Made by a program: the position numbers and the translations under genes
In this document: positions 60,521 to 63,147 of the stretch, in pieces
How the letters are laid out: the number at the start of each line of letters is the position of its first letter
Position numbering within the stretch: the stretch's first letter is position 1
Assembly (NCBI RefSeq): GCF_041751555.1
Contig: NZ_JBGSXF010000300.1
Span: 1 to 63,147, forward strand
Length of the DNA stretch: 63,147 bases
From: Persicitalea sp.
GTDB lineage: Bacteria > Bacteroidota > Bacteroidia > Cytophagales > Spirosomataceae
Direction of reading: 5' to 3'
The notes under the pieces: generated by a model
The model's input: the letters and a program-made list of their open reading frames with translations, nothing else
Told to the model about the DNA's origin: nothing
Databases searched by the model: none

Positions 60521-60592
60521 TGACCCATAGGGGAATCGAACCCCTGTTTCAACCGTGAAAGGGTCGTGTCCTAACCGCTAGACGAATGGGCC
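60521..60592 (-). tRNA. tRNA-Glu (anticodon TTC), CCA not encoded
   Basis: Minus strand reads GGCCCATTCGTCTAGCGGTTAGGACACGACCCTTTCACGGTTGAAACAGGGGTTCGATTCCCCTATGGGTCA. Acceptor stem GGCCCAT/ATGGGTC, anticodon loop CTTTCAC, T-loop TTCGATT. Confidence 0.97.
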
Positions 60593-60819
60593 GACTGGTC
60601 CCTTTTCTTCGTGTATGGAAAACACTTTCCTTTCGATTCCGCTTTCATTTCCTGAAAACGTGGTGCAAAGATGATAGGTTGAGTTTAAATATCCAAAACC
60701 TTCCCGCAAAAAATCCACGAGTATTTTTGAACGCCTTCATTTACAGTCCGTTTGTTTACAACAATTTCGGTATTTCAAGAGCATCGAGCTAATCAAAGCC
60801 TGCCAATGACATTTTTTGG

Positions 60820-60827
60820 TACTTTTG
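60820..60827 (+). promoter_or_regulatory. -7 promoter box for the M14 gene
   Basis: TACTTTTG, 33 nt upstream of ATG 60861. Confidence 0.5.
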
Positions 60828-60860
60828 GAATCCGCTTTTTTGCCCTTCCAATTCATTCAG

Positions 60861-63147
60861 ATGAAAAAAATCCTATTCGCGCTTCTACTTTTCGCTATCA
60901 TTCATCCGGCAACTGCCCAAAACCCTACCCCAGAATCACACCTTGGCTACCCGCTCGGTAGTCGCTTTTCGTTTCATCACCGTATCGCTGATTATGTCAG
61001 GACGTTGGCCGAGAAAAACCCCAACCGTGTCAAGCTAATTCCCTACGGCTCCACATACGAAGGTCGCCCGCTACTGGTGGCCGTAATAGCTTCTCCGGAA
61101 AACCTGGCCCGTATCGAAACCATCCGCACCGATAATTTGAAAAGTATCGGCATGATGCCCGGCAGTCCTTCGGGATCGATTCCGGCCATTGCCTGGCTTA
61201 GCTACAATGTGCACGGCAACGAGGCGGTGTCGTCCGAAGCGGTGATGAAGGTAATGTATGAACTACTGAACACCAGTAACTCGACTACCCAAGAGATTCT
61301 TAAAAATACCGTCGTCATTCTCGATCCCTGCATCAATCCAGATGGACGCGACCGCTACGCGCAATGGTACAACCGCGTGATGGGAATGCCCAACAACCCC
61401 ACGCCCTGGTCTTGGGAACACAACGAACCCTGGCCCGGCGGTCGACCCAACCATTACCTTTTTGACCTCAATCGCGACTGGGCGTGGCAGGTGCAGAAAG
61501 AATCGCAGGAGCGTATCAAGCTTTACAATCAGTGGATGCCACATCTCCACGCTGATTTCCACGAAATGGGTTCGGCGGCTTCTTATTATTTCCCGCCTGC
61601 CTCCAAGCCATTTCACAAAGACATTACAACCTGGCAGCGCGAGTTCAATAACATTTTGGGGACTTACAGCCGGAAGTACTTCGACAAAAACAGTTGGCTG
61701 TATTTTACCCGCAACAACTACGACCTCTTCTACCCTAGCTACGGCGACACTTGGCCAACTTATAACGGAGCCATCGGTATGACTTACGAACAAGGCGGCG
61801 GAGGCCGGGCCGGTGTGGCCATCGCTCGCGAGAATGAAGGCGATACGTTGTCGCTTTCGTCTCGCATAGACCACCACTTTGCGACGAGTATGTCCACGCT
61901 GGAAGCCATTTCGTCGCGGGCAGAGCAGACGGTGCAGGAATTTAGAAAGTACTACGATAAAGCTCAAAACAATCCAATTGGTACTTTCAAGACCTATGTA
62001 GTAAAGAGCAAAGGCAACGAAGGCCGCATCCGGGCGTTGACCGAATTATTGGACAAGCAAGGAATCCGGTACGGTCAGTCAGCCAAAGATTTTTCAGCTA
62101 AAGCTACGAATCTGGGGGACCTGACAGATGAAAATGGCAAATTCGAGAGCGGCGATTTGCTCATTAGTGCTTTTCAACCAAAGTCTTCTTTACTAAAAAT
62201 CCTGTTTGAGGCCCGGCCTGAGTTGGAGGACTCGATCACGTATGACATTACTAGTTGGGGCTTAGCCTACGCTTACGGGCTGAATGCGTACGGATTAAAG
62301 GATAAGATGACACCCGCCGCCTATCAACCCGCAACGATCAACAACACAGTCCCTTCTCAATCACCCTACGCCTACTTGGTTCGCTGGAATTCGCTGGACG
62401 ATTTGAAGTTTTTGGCCAAAATTCTTGACAAAAAAATTCGGCTGCGTACTTCCAATGTCCCCTTCGAGATTGACGAAAAAAGTTTCGGAGCAGGAACGCT
62501 GGTCATTACCCGCAAAGGCAACGAGGCCATGGGCGCAGATTTTGACCGGACGCTTGCCCAAATCGCCGATGAATCGCACGTAACGCTCACACCCGTGCAG
62601 ACGGGTTTCGTCACTTCGGGTTCCGACTTTGGCTCCTACACCGTCGCCCCTCTTACCGCTCCAAAGGTGGCGGTGCTGGCGGGTGAGGGCGTTTCCTCGT
62701 TGGCTTTCGGAGAAGTATGGCACTATTTTGAGCAGCAAATTCACTACCCGATTTCGGTGGTAGAGGGTGAAAATTTCTCTCGCTTGCCCTGGAACGAAAT
62801 CGACGTCCTCATTATGCCTACGGGCAGCTACGGCAAAATCCTGACCGAAAGCGCCTTTACCCAACTTACCGAGTGGATTAGGAATGGCGGCAAGCTCATT
62901 GCCATGGAAAAAGCAGTGACAGCTTTCGCCGACAAGCGCGGTTTCGATATCAAAACCAAAAAATCAGACGACAATAAGGGTAAAGAATCGCCACTGAAAG
63001 TGTACGCCAATCGTGAACGCGAGTCAGCAAGCGACGAGACGCCGGGCAGTATTTTCAGGGTAAAACTGGACACGACGCACCCGCTGGCTTTCGGGTACAC
63101 GGGCGATTACTACGGTCTGATCCGAAGCACTTACGACCTGGATTATT
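60861..63147 (+). CDS. Secreted M14-family zinc carboxypeptidase, 3'-truncated (not in ORF track)
   Basis: Hand translation gives MKKILFALLLFAIIHPATA|QNP, YGSTYEGRPL, SYNVHGNE (Zn ligands), NPDGRDRY, NHYLFDLNRDW, DFHEMG, and DTTHPLAFGY in the same frame near the window end. Confidence 0.92.
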   Translation, partial: MKKILFALLLFAIIHPATAQNPTPESHLGYPLGSRFSFHHRIADYVRTLAEKNPNRVKLIPYGSTYEGRPLLVAVIASPENLARIETIRTDNLKSIGMMPGSPSGSIPAIAWLSYNVHGNEAVSSEAVMKVMYELLNTSNSTTQEILKNTVVILDPCINPDGRDRYAQWYNRVMGMPNNPTPWSWEHNEPWPGGRPNHYLFDLNRDWAWQVQKESQERIKLYNQWMPHLHADFHEMGSAASYYFPPASKPFHKDITTWQREFNNILGTYSRKYFDKNSWLYFTRNNYDLFYPSYGDTWPTYNGAIGMTYEQGGGGRAGVAIARENEGDTLSLSSRIDHHFATSMSTLEAISSRAEQTVQEFRKYYDKAQNNPIGTFKTYVVKSKGNEGRIRALTELLDKQGIRYGQSAKDFSAKATNLGDLTDENGKFESGDLLISAFQPKSSLLKILFEARPELEDSITYDITSWGLAYAYGLNAYGLKDKMTPAAYQPATINNTVPSQSPYAYLVRWNSLDDLKFLAKILDKKIRLRTSNVPFEIDEKSFGAGTLVITRKGNEAMGADFDRTLAQIADESHVTLTPVQTGFVTSGSDFGSYTVAPLTAPKVAVLAGEGVSSLAFGEVWHYFEQQIHYPISVVEGENFSRLPWNEIDVLIMPTGSYGKILTESAFTQLTEWIRNGGKLIAMEKAVTAFADKRGFDIKTKKSDDNKGKESPLKVYANRERESASDETPGSIFRVKLDTTHPLAFGYTGDYYGLIRSTYDLDY

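Noticed and set aside
54855-60592. Genomic island integrated at tRNA-Glu
   Set aside because: No integrase, I saw no duplicated tRNA 3' end, and the flanking genes are ordinary Bacteroidota families.
61263-63100. Several ORFs of 80-234 aa in the track
   Set aside because: Shadows or alternative frames of the M14 peptidase.

Overview
This is a gene-dense, mostly housekeeping chromosomal window from a Bacteroidota bacterium. The assignment is inferred (probably Cytophagales, Spirosomataceae-like) from TAnnTTTG promoter boxes, A/T-rich leaders without Shine-Dalgarno sites, Gln at +1 after signal peptides, and the gene families present. Core genes are aconitase, topA, cobB, folD, a menE-like ligase, thrS-infC-rpmI-rplT, dnaK and tRNA-Glu(TTC). 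It also holds a 5'-truncated ATP-dependent 5-oxoprolinase near a non-canonical NRAMP-like permease, a maltose/maltodextrin cluster (GH65, pgmB, two GH13, MFS) running into a TPS/TPP trehalose fusion and MscS, a two-component pair, several secreted or outer-membrane proteins, and a 3'-truncated M14 peptidase absent from the ORF track. I saw no integrase, transposase, CRISPR array, prophage or recognisable defence system, and I cannot claim a clear-cut new system. The best leads are an apparently non-cleavable LexA/S24-like regulator, a possible 5-oxoproline uptake and hydrolysis module, a membrane-anchored DxE-motif glycosidase-like protein, a REP-like doublet, a structured intergenic region at 47.7-47.9 kb, and a hairpin between rpmI and rplT. 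All family calls come from motif recognition by eye; no database searches were run.
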